64,000 bases of DNA from the NCBI GenBank assembly GCA_944320495.1, contig CALUHR010000008.1:1-64000 (forward strand). Direction: 5' to 3'. Position 1 is the stretch's first letter. Every line of letters begins with the position of its first letter. This document shows positions 20,533 to 30,071 of the stretch, one piece after another. Under the pieces are notes generated by a model, which did no database searches, was not told where the DNA came from, and was given only the letters and a program-made list of their open reading frames with translations. The position numbers and the translations under genes were made by a program. Source of the DNA: Candidatus Methanomethylophilaceae archaeon. Lineage in GTDB: Archaea > Thermoplasmatota > Thermoplasmata > Methanomassiliicoccales > Methanomethylophilaceae.

Positions 20533-21489
20533 ATGGACGATGCCTACCGCGACCTCCTCATCAAGCAGCAGTACAGGCTGTACAAGGACCATTCCGCAGT
20601 CAAGCTCTGCCACTGGATGAAGGAGAGCATGATCCGCGGCAGGCATTGCTACAAGCAGGACTTCTACGGTATCCAGTCCCACAGGTGCCTCCAGATGACA
20701 CCCGCCATTAACGAGTGCAGCCACATGTGCACCTTCTGCTGGCGCGTCCAGGAGCACGACTTCGAGGTCAGGGACTGGGCGGAGCCCAAGGAGATGCTCG
20801 ACGGCCTCATAGAACAGCAGAGGAAGCTCGTCTCAGGATTCAAGGGGGACCCCCGCTGTGACATTAAGATGTACGAGGAGGCCCGCAATCCGGATCAGGT
20901 CGCCATCTCGCTGGCAGGCGAGCCCATCACATATCCGTACCTTTCCGAGTTCCTCAGGGAGTGCCATTCCCGCGGCATGACGACGTTCATGGTCACCAAC
21001 GGGACGTATCCGGAGAGGCTCGCCGAGCTGGACACCCTGCCCATGCAACTCTATGTGACCGTCGCGGCCCCCAACGAGGAGGTCTACAGGCGCGTCTGCC
21101 GCCCCAAGGAGCAGGACTGCTGGGACCGTCTGATGAGGACCCTCGAGCTTCTCCCTTCGCTGGAGACCCGGACCGTCATAAGGCACACCCTTGTCAAGAA
21201 CGAGAACTTCGGATGGCTGGACGATTACGCCCGTCTCGACAGGATCGCGGACCCCGATATGGTGGAGCCTAAGGGATACGTGTTTGTGGGAGGCTCCAGG
21301 ATGCGCCTCACCATAGACTGCATGCCGTCCTTCGCCGAGGTCAAAGACTTCTCCAGGCAGCTTGGCGATCGCATAGGCATGTCGATAATCAACGAGCGCG
21401 AGGACAGCCGCGTCGTCCTTCTCGGGGCCCCGGGCATGGAGACCGACGTCAGGAAGCTCCACGGGCTCCCGTCGCATATGGAAGAATGA
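20533..21489 (+). CDS. taw1: 4-demethylwyosine synthase (radical SAM)
   Basis: HSAVKLCHW, CYKQ.FYGI.SHRC, CSHMCTFCWR, AISL.GEP. Confidence 0.95.
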   Translation: MDDAYRDLLIKQQYRLYKDHSAVKLCHWMKESMIRGRHCYKQDFYGIQSHRCLQMTPAINECSHMCTFCWRVQEHDFEVRDWAEPKEMLDGLIEQQRKLVSGFKGDPRCDIKMYEEARNPDQVAISLAGEPITYPYLSEFLRECHSRGMTTFMVTNGTYPERLAELDTLPMQLYVTVAAPNEEVYRRVCRPKEQDCWDRLMRTLELLPSLETRTVIRHTLVKNENFGWLDDYARLDRIADPDMVEPKGYVFVGGSRMRLTIDCMPSFAEVKDFSRQLGDRIGMSIINEREDSRVVLLGAPGMETDVRKLHGLPSHMEE

Positions 21490-21519
21490 AGAAGACGGGG
21501 TCACCCCCGCCAGGTTTTC

Positions 21520-21798
21520 TCACATCCAGTTCATCGCGATGTACGCGATGAGGATGATGTGCAGGACCAGGAAGACGTAGACGAGCTTGAACTTGGTCTT
21601 CTGGGTCTTGTGGTGCGCGACCTTCATGCCGATGGCGGCGCCCCAGGGGCCGAAGAGGGCCCCCAGGAGAAGGGTGGATTCCTTCGTGCGCCACTGGTCG
21701 GTCTTGGCCTTGTGCTTGTCCCAGGCGTACATCGCGAACACGATCGCGTTGATCACGACGTATACCGCGAACACAACCAGGGTAAGGTTCTGGTCCAT
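21520..21798 (-). CDS. DUF1294-family membrane protein
   Basis: DKHKAK..WRTKE..L...GPWGA..GM..AHHKT.K. Confidence 0.85.
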   Translation of the reverse strand: MDQNLTLVVFAVYVVINAIVFAMYAWDKHKAKTDQWRTKESTLLLGALFGPWGAAIGMKVAHHKTQKTKFKLVYVFLVLHIILIAYIAMNWM

Positions 21799-22199
21799 CA
21801 GATCCTCGCAATGAACTCGTCGACGGCGACGGGGATGCCGGCCTCGTTCATCTCACAACCCTTGTTGTTGAAGTAGACCGCATCCTGGATGCCAAGCTCT
21901 TCAGCGATCTTGTCGCGCTGGGCGTCGCCCTTCTCGCCGTTGTACATGCAGACGATGAAGAGATGGAGATTCTTGCCCTTGAGGGCGTCCCTGTTGGCAT
22001 CGAGGAACTGCACGAGCGGCTTGTATGGCTTGCCGGCGTGGACACCGGTCCCGAAGATCACGTCATCGAAATCGGTCAGATTGATCTTCGTGATCTGCTT
22101 CAGGTTGAAGACGTCCGCCTTCAGTTCGCGAGCCATATAATCGGCTATGCCTTTGGTGTTCTTCGTGAATCCTGTTGCGTAGATGATGGCCGTTCCCAT
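21798..22199 (-). CDS. Flavodoxin-domain protein
   Basis: IIYAT...NTKGIA, VIFGTGVHAG. Confidence 0.75.
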   Translation of the reverse strand: MGTAIIYATGFTKNTKGIADYMARELKADVFNLKQITKINLTDFDDVIFGTGVHAGKPYKPLVQFLDANRDALKGKNLHLFIVCMYNGEKGDAQRDKIAEELGIQDAVYFNNKGCEMNEAGIPVAVDEFIARI

Positions 22200-22225
22200 C
22201 GTTCATCCCATCCTAATGCAGGGAC

Positions 22226-22783
22226 TCAGAGCTTCTTGGCCAGCGCGACGGCCTCTTCCATGACGGCGGCGTTGTCCTTCGCGGGTCCGTTGGGCCCCTC
22301 CCTGTAGTCGATGTTACCGACGACATCGCACTTAAGGAAACCGCCCAGCACGTTCTTGATGGTGGCCGCGATGTTCTCGGTGCCGGCTCCGGACCCGGAG
22401 GTGACGACGGTGGCGACCTTCTTGCCCTCGGGGATGTTGCAGACGAATCCGTTGGGCCCCATTCCGACGTATCCATAGAAGCGGTCCTCGAGCATCCTGT
22501 ACTGGGAGACGGCCTGTCCGAAGTAGTCGGGGGTGGCGAGGATGACGGATCCGCTCTCCGCGATGGAGTTGAGGACAGGGGTGAGTCCGTCGTTCCTGAC
22601 GCAGTGGCCGGCCTTCTTGCATCCCATGCAAGCCTGGCATCCCTTGACGTTCTCGAGCTGGTTCAGGTAGAACACGTCGACCTTCTTGCCCTCGGCCTCG
22701 AGGGTCTCGACCATCTTACCGACGATGGCGGCGCAGTTTCCGTTCTTCCTGGGCGAAGCAATCACAGCGGTTACATCCGACAT
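22226..22783 (-). CDS. Iron-sulfur flavoprotein / NAD(P)H-dependent FMN reductase family
   Basis: ASPRKNGN, CQACMGC....C, ATPDYFG. Confidence 0.88.
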   Translation of the reverse strand: MSDVTAVIASPRKNGNCAAIVGKMVETLEAEGKKVDVFYLNQLENVKGCQACMGCKKAGHCVRNDGLTPVLNSIAESGSVILATPDYFGQAVSQYRMLEDRFYGYVGMGPNGFVCNIPEGKKVATVVTSGSGAGTENIAATIKNVLGGFLKCDVVGNIDYREGPNGPAKDNAAVMEEAVALAKKL

Positions 22784-22871
22784 AGTATGAACCTCGAAAA
22801 TGTGTAATAGTTTTTCGTTATAAATATTTCCGTACCAAATGTTATTAACCTACCTAATGTTACCATAAGGC

Positions 22872-23363
22872 ATGAGTCCCCAATCCATCGGTTGCAATCT
22901 CAATCCGGACCGCACGAGCCTTCCCAACCACGTGAGGTTCAACTGCTGTCTGGATGCCGCCATGTCGGTGATCGAGGGCAGGTGGAAGGGTACGATCCTG
23001 TGCATGCTCTATCTGAACGGGGGCATGAGGTTCTCGGAGCTCCAGAAGGCCATCGGGGAGGTCTCCTCAAGGATCCTCTCCAAGCAGCTCAGGGAGCTGG
23101 AGGAGGACGGGATGATCTCCCGTGAGGTGGCCAGCGACAGGAAGCTCAAGGTGACGTACTCGCTCACCGAGAAGGGTGAATCCATACTGCCCGCCCTAAA
23201 GATGCTGGCCGAGTGGGGGTCTTACCATCAGGTCGTCAGGGTGATCCTTCCGGAGGGTGTTTCAGCCCTCGACCACCTTGACCAGCACGCGTCTCGTCCT
23301 GGGGCCGTCGAACTCGCAGAGGAAGATGCCCTGCCAGGTGCCGAGGACAGGCTCTCCGCCTGA
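22872..23363 (+). CDS. HxlR-family transcriptional regulator
   Basis: IEGRWK..IL, RFSEL...I..VSSRILSKQLRELEEDG, YSLT.KG; divergent from the flavoprotein; C-terminus overlaps yjbQ. Confidence 0.88.
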   Translation: MSPQSIGCNLNPDRTSLPNHVRFNCCLDAAMSVIEGRWKGTILCMLYLNGGMRFSELQKAIGEVSSRILSKQLRELEEDGMISREVASDRKLKVTYSLTEKGESILPALKMLAEWGSYHQVVRVILPEGVSALDHLDQHASRPGAVELAEEDALPGAEDRLSA

Positions 23364-23663
23364 CACGATCACAGTCGCGGAGGGTCCCACGCAGCTGGTT
23401 CTCAGATGGGCGTGTGAGTTGCCTTCCGCGTGGAGGTAGTCGTCCCTCTCCGGGAATGCGCGGTCGAGTCCGGCTAGCATGTCGGTCTTGACGTCGGGGT
23501 CGGCGTTCTCGTTGATCGTTATGCCAGCGGTGGTGTGCTTCGAGAATACCACGCATATGCCCTCGCGGATTCCACTGTCTGCGATGATTCTCCTTACCGG
23601 AGATGTTATGTCGATAATCTGCGTCCTGCCCGTCTCGACCGTTATCTCGCGGATGGGTGTCAT
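23262..23663 (-). CDS. yjbQ: YjbQ family (secondary thiamine-phosphate synthase-like)
   Basis: HTTAGITINENADPDV..D, HAEGNSHAH, LGTWQGIF.CEFDGPR. Confidence 0.92.
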   Translation of the reverse strand: MTPIREITVETGRTQIIDITSPVRRIIADSGIREGICVVFSKHTTAGITINENADPDVKTDMLAGLDRAFPERDDYLHAEGNSHAHLRTSCVGPSATVIVSGGEPVLGTWQGIFLCEFDGPRTRRVLVKVVEG

Positions 23664-24170
23664 AGGATGGGAATTACAGTATGGTGGTTGGATGTTTCGA
23701 TTTCCGCGGGGTCTTAGTTGGTCGTCGTTGCAGGTTCGTGCAGGGAATACGTCGGCCACGGGGCCCTCATCAGATAAGTCCGTACCGATAAATCTCATCC
23801 TGTCAGGCTGGTCAGACGTCAGATTTCTCGGGGCATCGATTTCGGCGATGCGTCCCTCGGCCGACAGGGAGATGCTGATGACTTCTCGTATTCCGAATGA
23901 GTACCAAATCGCCAATGAACAGGGATCTGTGGGTGTCCGAATAGTCCATGAGCCTCTGGGTCTCGCGGGTGCGTACTCTACGTGATGACATCCGGGACAT
24001 TGGAAATGGCAGTGGCTGAAACCTCGGCAAGAGTCCGGTCGATGCTTTGCACATCGTTGCAACCACATAATAGATGATTCATAAACTTCATATTGATTAT
24101 GATTATGAAATTAACATGAATTCGATAGTACTGGTTAAGAACGCCGATAATATACGTACCTTCGACCCAC

Positions 24171-25121
24171 ATGGCATACAGTCTAGTCAAGATTGACGCG
24201 GGACGTTCTGAGGAGCTCAGGGACAGATGCTCCGCTCTGAACTACTACACGATGAAGGCCGACATATTCGGTGTCTGCGTCCAGCTCTACACCGAGAGCA
24301 AGGACTACATTGACATGTGGGCGGACAACTTCTACCAGATGTCCGATTCGGTCAGGTCCCACGCGAGGATATTCTGCTTGGATGATGCGTCCACGGACCT
24401 CCATGTGGAATACGATGTGGCCACGCGCACCATTTTCCTGTTCAACTTTGACTACTATGGGTGGGTCAAGAGCATCGCCCTCGGGATGGCCGGGAACATA
24501 CTGGAGGACGCCCACTCCATCTATTCCGTGCACGGCGCGGCGCTCGACATCGACGGCCGTGGCGTCACGCTCATCGCTCCCTCCAAGACGGGGAAGACGA
24601 CCCAGTCCTGGGGGCTGCTGAGAGCAGATCATGCCAGCCTGATCACCGACGACTGGTACTTCGTTTCCTTCGACGGGTCCCGCCCGAGGGTCCGCGGTTC
24701 CGAGAAGAACTGCTACATCGACGCTGACATCGGGGACGTGTGGGAGGAGTACAAACCCCTGGTCCGCGGGGTCAAATTCGACAACAGGGGCAGGGGAATC
24801 GGGAACGTCAGATGGGTCGCCGGTGAGGGCTCCGTGATCTCGGAGACCTCCATGCGCTACGTGTTCCTCCTCAAACGCGATGCAGACGAGGAGCCAGGCG
24901 TCAGGAGGATGGAGCCGGAGGATGCGCTTTCATATCTTAGGGAACACGACTACTGCAACCCCCACCAGCTCCTGCGCGACGACCACCGTATGGTAAGACG
25001 CGAAAACTTCTTCCGCAGGTATCTCTCGGAATGCGAGGTGTTCATGGTGAACACCACCGGCACACCGGAGGAGACTCAGGCCTCCATAAGGGAGGTCCTC
25101 GCAGAGAGGTGCGGGATATGA
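24171..25121 (+). CDS. HPr-kinase/PEPCK-type P-loop protein, function unknown
   Basis: VHGAALDIDGRGV.LIAPSKTGKTT, LITDDW. Confidence 0.7.
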   Translation: MAYSLVKIDAGRSEELRDRCSALNYYTMKADIFGVCVQLYTESKDYIDMWADNFYQMSDSVRSHARIFCLDDASTDLHVEYDVATRTIFLFNFDYYGWVKSIALGMAGNILEDAHSIYSVHGAALDIDGRGVTLIAPSKTGKTTQSWGLLRADHASLITDDWYFVSFDGSRPRVRGSEKNCYIDADIGDVWEEYKPLVRGVKFDNRGRGIGNVRWVAGEGSVISETSMRYVFLLKRDADEEPGVRRMEPEDALSYLREHDYCNPHQLLRDDHRMVRRENFFRRYLSECEVFMVNTTGTPEETQASIREVLAERCGI

Positions 25122-26077
25122 AGGCTCCGAGGGTCAGGGGGATCGCCTCCTCCGATGTGAAGAACAAGTTCACAGGCGCGGCAGGCAAGATGCGCGACGC
25201 CGTCTCCTCGTCCAGGAAGTCCATCCTGGACTCCAACTTCAAGCATGAGCGCGCCATAAGGATCGAGAAGCGTCACGAGCTCTCGGTCATGTGGTTCTCA
25301 TTCATCATCATCGTCGTCTCCAGCGCCGTGTTCTTCATCATCGGCAGGATCGTAAACGACGGCGACTGGTCCTACATGGACTTCTTCTACAACATGGGCT
25401 GCAACATCCTGGCCATGTTCATCGTCGTGCTCTGCTTGGACACGCTGGTCAACCGCAACCGCGACGACCGTCTGCAGAGGGGGGAGGCGTCCAAGATCCT
25501 CAGGTATAACCGCCTCATCAGCCCGGAGATCGACATGTATCTGGTCAGGAAGAACATGGTCATCACCCCCAACGGCAAGACCGTGAGGAAGTTCCAGGTC
25601 GATGCCAAGTTCACCGTCAGGGACATGCGCGACATGTACGGCGCGTCGGATCTCGTAGCCGATGTCGGCATCTCCAAGATCAGGAGATATGCCCATTACC
25701 AGGCGGTTCTGGCGGACCACTTCGAGAAGCTCATAGAGAATGTGGACTTCGTCTTCTACCCGGAGATTGCTGACGCCGCGATGCGCTATCTCAACGCCAC
25801 CTCCTACGGCGAGGCCGCCCTCGATGCCGTGGTCAGCTACGAGGACACCCGCGCAGGGACGAAGTCGATGAGGGCTATGGTCATCCAGATGATTCGCGAA
25901 GAGCCCGAGGAGGGCCGCTTCATCGATGCAAACCCGACGATGAAGAACGTATACCTGGTGCACCAGATGATCAACGAGCAGGAGGCTGCCGTGGCCGACT
26001 ATCTCAGGATGATCAAGACCCTCCAGGAGAAGGACCCCTCGCAGTCGAAGCGTGACGACGTCATCGAGCAAGAGTGA
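25118..26077 (+). CDS. Hypothetical membrane protein (2 TM plus soluble domain)
   Basis: ATGA overlap with upstream gene, two hydrophobic segments, host-like codon use. Confidence 0.7.
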   Translation: MKAPRVRGIASSDVKNKFTGAAGKMRDAVSSSRKSILDSNFKHERAIRIEKRHELSVMWFSFIIIVVSSAVFFIIGRIVNDGDWSYMDFFYNMGCNILAMFIVVLCLDTLVNRNRDDRLQRGEASKILRYNRLISPEIDMYLVRKNMVITPNGKTVRKFQVDAKFTVRDMRDMYGASDLVADVGISKIRRYAHYQAVLADHFEKLIENVDFVFYPEIADAAMRYLNATSYGEAALDAVVSYEDTRAGTKSMRAMVIQMIREEPEEGRFIDANPTMKNVYLVHQMINEQEAAVADYLRMIKTLQEKDPSQSKRDDVIEQE

Positions 26078-26749
26078 CCACGGGACCTCGTGCGATATCC
26101 TCAGGGAATCGGGCTCTACTTCGCATCCCAGGCACATGATCATCACACCCGAGCCGACGGCATGCTCCAGGGCTTTGGCGAATGCAGGGTCGGTGTCACG
26201 GTTCGGCGTGAACAAGCACATGCCGGACATCTGAACGACGAACACGGCGAAGGCCTCGTAACCCTCCGTGACGCATTCCTCCAAGCCGCGGAGATGCTTC
26301 CTGCCGCGCTCGGTGGGGGCATCGGGGAACATGCAGACCCCGTCGGTCTCCTGCGTGACTCCCTTGACCTCGGCGAATATGCGGCGGTCTCCCGCTTCGA
26401 TGTAGAAGTCGAACCTGGAGTCCCCATGGGTGCACTCCGGGCGGACGACCGCTCCCGGACCGAACGGCTCCGTCCTGGACAGATATTCGGAGAATACCCT
26501 GTTGGGGGCCTGGGAATCGATATTGATAAGCAGATCGCCCTTCCATGCGGCCACGAGGTCGTACCCGTACCTCCTTCCCGGGCTGTCCGAAGCGGAGAGG
26601 ACTACGCGGGTACCGGGCTGGAGGATCTCCCCGCATCTGCCGGTGTTCTTGACGTGGACACAGACCTCCTCCCCGTCGATGAGGACGGTGGCGACGAACC
26701 TGTTCTCCCTGGAGACGAACTCCGCGTCCCTCGTCGTGGCGTAACGCAT
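26045..26749 (-). CDS. sfsA: SfsA-family nuclease/DNA-binding protein, ends at CGA
   Basis: RENRF, HVKNTGRC.E, SRFDFY, EVKGVT, FPDAPTERG.KHL; 234 aa to CGA 26045-26047; ORF track runs to 25298. Confidence 0.9.
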
Positions 26750-26800
26750 GAGCCAGTGAAGAATCGACACTATTAATGGGGGAGCCGTCATGGCGAGTTC

Positions 26801-27457
26801 ATGGACGGGTTCATGACGTACGAGAGGGTCAAGACTCCCAGAGGAGACAGCTTCCGCACGGTCGGGGACCAGCTCTCGGACGAGATATACGTCCTGGACA
26901 CCGAGACCACCGGTCTGGAGGGAGCCCCGAAGGATCTCGTCGTGGACATCGGGATCTGCAGGGTCTCCTTCAACGACGGCACCGTGGAGGACGTGTACTC
27001 GTCAGTGGTAGGATATGACACGTCCGAGTGGGATGACTATCTGAAGAACGCATGGATCTTCGAGAACACCGACATGACCCTCGGCATGGTAGAGGAGGCC
27101 CCTCCAGCGCTCAATATCATCGACGAGGTCCGCCGTATCCTCCGCAGGAAGCCGGTGACGTCCTACAACACGGATTATGACTTCGGCAAGTTCCTCTACG
27201 AGGAGCCCTGGGACATGCGCGGATGGTTCGTCGAATGCTATGACATCATGAAGGCGGCGACCGACGTCTGCAAGATCCCCAGCGAGTACTACGGCCGCTC
27301 GTACAAATATCCCAAGCTGGACTATGCGTATTCCAAGATCGTGGACGGCGATCCCGCGGGCATACACGGCCACCAGGATCACCGCGCGCTCTCGGATGCC
27401 AGGATGGCCTCCTACGTCATGATCGAGCTCCAGAAGGCGGGGCTCTATCATCCCCGA
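26801..27457 (+). CDS. DEDDh 3'-5' exonuclease, ends at CGA
   Basis: LDTETTG, SYNTDYD, HRALSDA; CGA 27455-27457; ORF track to 27646. Confidence 0.85.
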
Positions 27458-27472
27458 AGGGCGTTCCCGGAC

Positions 27473-30025
27473 TCAGATCTCCTCTTTCGACGACTCGGAG
27501 CTGTACTCCTCGTCGAGCTTCCTCATGTAGTACTCCTCGAACCTCTCGATGAGGTGCCTGAACGCGTTCCTCCTGAGGACGAGGACCTCCAGCACAAGCA
27601 GGAGCACTATGAAGCCGATGACCACGGCGTACCATTCTATCGGTAGCAATGCCAGTCCGACGAGCTCGACTGCGATGAACGGGAAGTAGAGGTACATCGC
27701 GAGCACGAGTGCAATTATGAGCAGAGTTATCACGAGGGGGACGAGGCTCTTGTTGGTGCGACCGTCCGCGGACATGAACTTCCAGCGGGGGCAGATCAGG
27801 AATATCTGGAACAGGCCTCCGATGGACAGGAACAGGACCATGGCCGTCCTTGCGGCGACCTCCGGTATTCCGGATCCGTTCCAGGACAGATAATCGGCCA
27901 TTATGTCGCTGCCGGTGTATCCGATCCTGTCGGCCATCGCCGCCAGGTCGAGAGTCAGCGTCCCGGAGCCGAAGGCCCACCAGGTGAGAGCGTAGATCAC
28001 GAGGGCCATGGTGGCCATCATTATCGACAACGGGATGCAATACCGTAGCACATCAGGTAGGATGAGCTCCTTGTTCTCGTCCGGCTTCGCGAAGATGGTC
28101 ATGAAGAAGGCCATGATCGAGACGGAGATGAACGCGTAGAATGTGTTCTGGATGGGGATCATCGGGATGTTCCCGAAGAGGACGTAGGTGAACACGAAGA
28201 TCACGGCGAGCGTGAAGTTGCGTGTGAGGTAGAGCTTGAGGATGTCCCTCATGCCCGAGACGGTCTTGCGTCCCTCCACGAGGGCCTTGGGCAGGGCGGA
28301 GAAGTTGTCCTTGACCAGGATCATGTCCGCCACGCCCCTCGCGGCGCCGGACCCGGATTCCAAGGACACCCCGACGTGGGCCGTCTTGAGGGACTTGACG
28401 TCGTTGACGCCGTCCCCGATCATCGCAACGTAGCGCCCATTGTCCCTGAGGGCCTCGATGACACGCTCCTTGTTCTCCGGTTTCATACGGCCGAATATGT
28501 TGCACTCGAGGGCCGCCTTCTCGAACTCGTCCTTCGACATGGCCTCGAGCTCTGGGCCGGAGACGATCCTCCTCTCGCCGGGGATGCCCGCGATGGTGAA
28601 CAGGGAGTCCACGGTGACGGGGTCGTCTCCGGAGATGACCTTCAGGTCCATGCCGTTGTCCAGGAATACCTGGATGGTCTCCCTGCAGTCGGGCCTCACC
28701 TCATCTCTTATGGAGACCACGGATATGGGCGTCATTGGCGCGAGCACCGGCTCTCCGGACTGGTCGAATAGAGGGTGGTCGCCGCTCCTGCAGATGAGGA
28801 CGGTCCTCAGGCCCTTCCTGGCCTCTGCGTCGATGATGGCGTGGATGTCGCGGTCGCTCCTCACGTAATCGCACAGCGAGGTCCACGCTCCCATGTACAT
28901 TGTGAGCTCCTCGCTGTCGATGATCACGCGGACGGCGCTGTACTTGCGCTGTGATGAGAACTGGATCTCGTCCACGAGCTCCACATCCGTGGGACCGTAG
29001 TGCTCCAGGAGGGCGTCGACGGTACGGTTCCTGCTTCCTGTGGCGGAAGCGAACGCTGATATCAGGCGGGAGGCCTCCTCGGATGGGATCAGGTCGATCG
29101 AGTCCTCGTACCTGAGCTTGTTCGTCGTGATCGTTCCGGTCTTGTCCATGCAGACGGTGTCCACGTGGCTGATCGATTCGACGGAGTTGGACTGCTGGAG
29201 CAGGACTCCGGAATCCGCCATGCGCATGGCTGCGATCATGTACGTCAGCGTGATGAGCAGGAAGAGAGCGATGGGGACCACGTCCAGACAGAGGACGAAG
29301 ACCTCCAGCATCTTCCCGAAGCTCTCGTGGGTGACGAAGATCGATTTGATTATCGTGATGACGAAGAGCACCGCGGCCAAGGCCATGAGCACCTTCGTGA
29401 CGGTCCCCGTTTCCATCTGGAGAGGGGTCCTCTTCACGGTGTACTTCTTGGCGCTCGAGAGCATCCTGGACGCGTAGGACTCGGCACCGAATCCGGTGAC
29501 GGTGTAGTGCGCCTCTCCAGTCACACAGTTGGATCCCGAGTAGATGGTGTCGCCGGCGTTCTTCCTTACAGTGCTCGATTCCCCGGTGAGCAGGGACTCG
29601 TCCATCTCCAGGGACCTGCAGGAGACGATGGTCCCGTCGACCACGGCCTGGTCGCCGGCGCGGAGGATGACGACGTCGTCCTTCACGACCTCGCTCTGGT
29701 CCACGACGACCTCGGCCCCGTCCCTCATGACGGTTACCTTCGGCCTGGTAAGAAGAGAGATCTTGTCCAGCCTGCGCTTGGCGCGCATCTCCTGGATCGT
29801 CGAGATCAGGATGTTGGCAATGATGATCCCAGTGGCCGATACGGCGCTGATGGACTCCTCGCAGACGAGCAGGAGGATGCCCAGGATGAACAGGACCATG
29901 TTGAACGGCGTGAGCGCGTTCTTCACGAAGATGTCGGTGTACGTCCTGCTGGTTCTGACCTCGCTGTTGTTGACAAGTCCATCGGCCTTGCGTTGCTCGA
30001 CTTCGGCGGAGGTCAGTCCTTCCAT
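27473..30025 (-). CDS. P-type cation-transporting ATPase (CtpE-like)
   Basis: DESLLTGES, DKTGT, VISGD, MIGDGVND. Confidence 0.95.
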   Translation of the reverse strand: MEGLTSAEVEQRKADGLVNNSEVRTSRTYTDIFVKNALTPFNMVLFILGILLLVCEESISAVSATGIIIANILISTIQEMRAKRRLDKISLLTRPKVTVMRDGAEVVVDQSEVVKDDVVILRAGDQAVVDGTIVSCRSLEMDESLLTGESSTVRKNAGDTIYSGSNCVTGEAHYTVTGFGAESYASRMLSSAKKYTVKRTPLQMETGTVTKVLMALAAVLFVITIIKSIFVTHESFGKMLEVFVLCLDVVPIALFLLITLTYMIAAMRMADSGVLLQQSNSVESISHVDTVCMDKTGTITTNKLRYEDSIDLIPSEEASRLISAFASATGSRNRTVDALLEHYGPTDVELVDEIQFSSQRKYSAVRVIIDSEELTMYMGAWTSLCDYVRSDRDIHAIIDAEARKGLRTVLICRSGDHPLFDQSGEPVLAPMTPISVVSIRDEVRPDCRETIQVFLDNGMDLKVISGDDPVTVDSLFTIAGIPGERRIVSGPELEAMSKDEFEKAALECNIFGRMKPENKERVIEALRDNGRYVAMIGDGVNDVKSLKTAHVGVSLESGSGAARGVADMILVKDNFSALPKALVEGRKTVSGMRDILKLYLTRNFTLAVIFVFTYVLFGNIPMIPIQNTFYAFISVSIMAFFMTIFAKPDENKELILPDVLRYCIPLSIMMATMALVIYALTWWAFGSGTLTLDLAAMADRIGYTGSDIMADYLSWNGSGIPEVAARTAMVLFLSIGGLFQIFLICPRWKFMSADGRTNKSLVPLVITLLIIALVLAMYLYFPFIAVELVGLALLPIEWYAVVIGFIVLLLVLEVLVLRRNAFRHLIERFEEYYMRKLDEEYSSESSKEEI

Positions 30026-30071
30026 GGATGGACCGTAAACGAGACCGTATATTAGGAGTTCGGAGACTCCT

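Noticed and set aside
22872-23363. HxlR C-terminus overlapping yjbQ by about 100 nt
   Set aside because: No in-frame CGA, so it is not counted as support. It shows that run-on overlaps can also occur without CGA.
23664-24068. Upstream extension of yjbQ and the short ORFs in this spacer
   Set aside because: No recognisable motif, low codon bias, and an in-frame CGA in the extension. The YjbQ domain starts at 23663.
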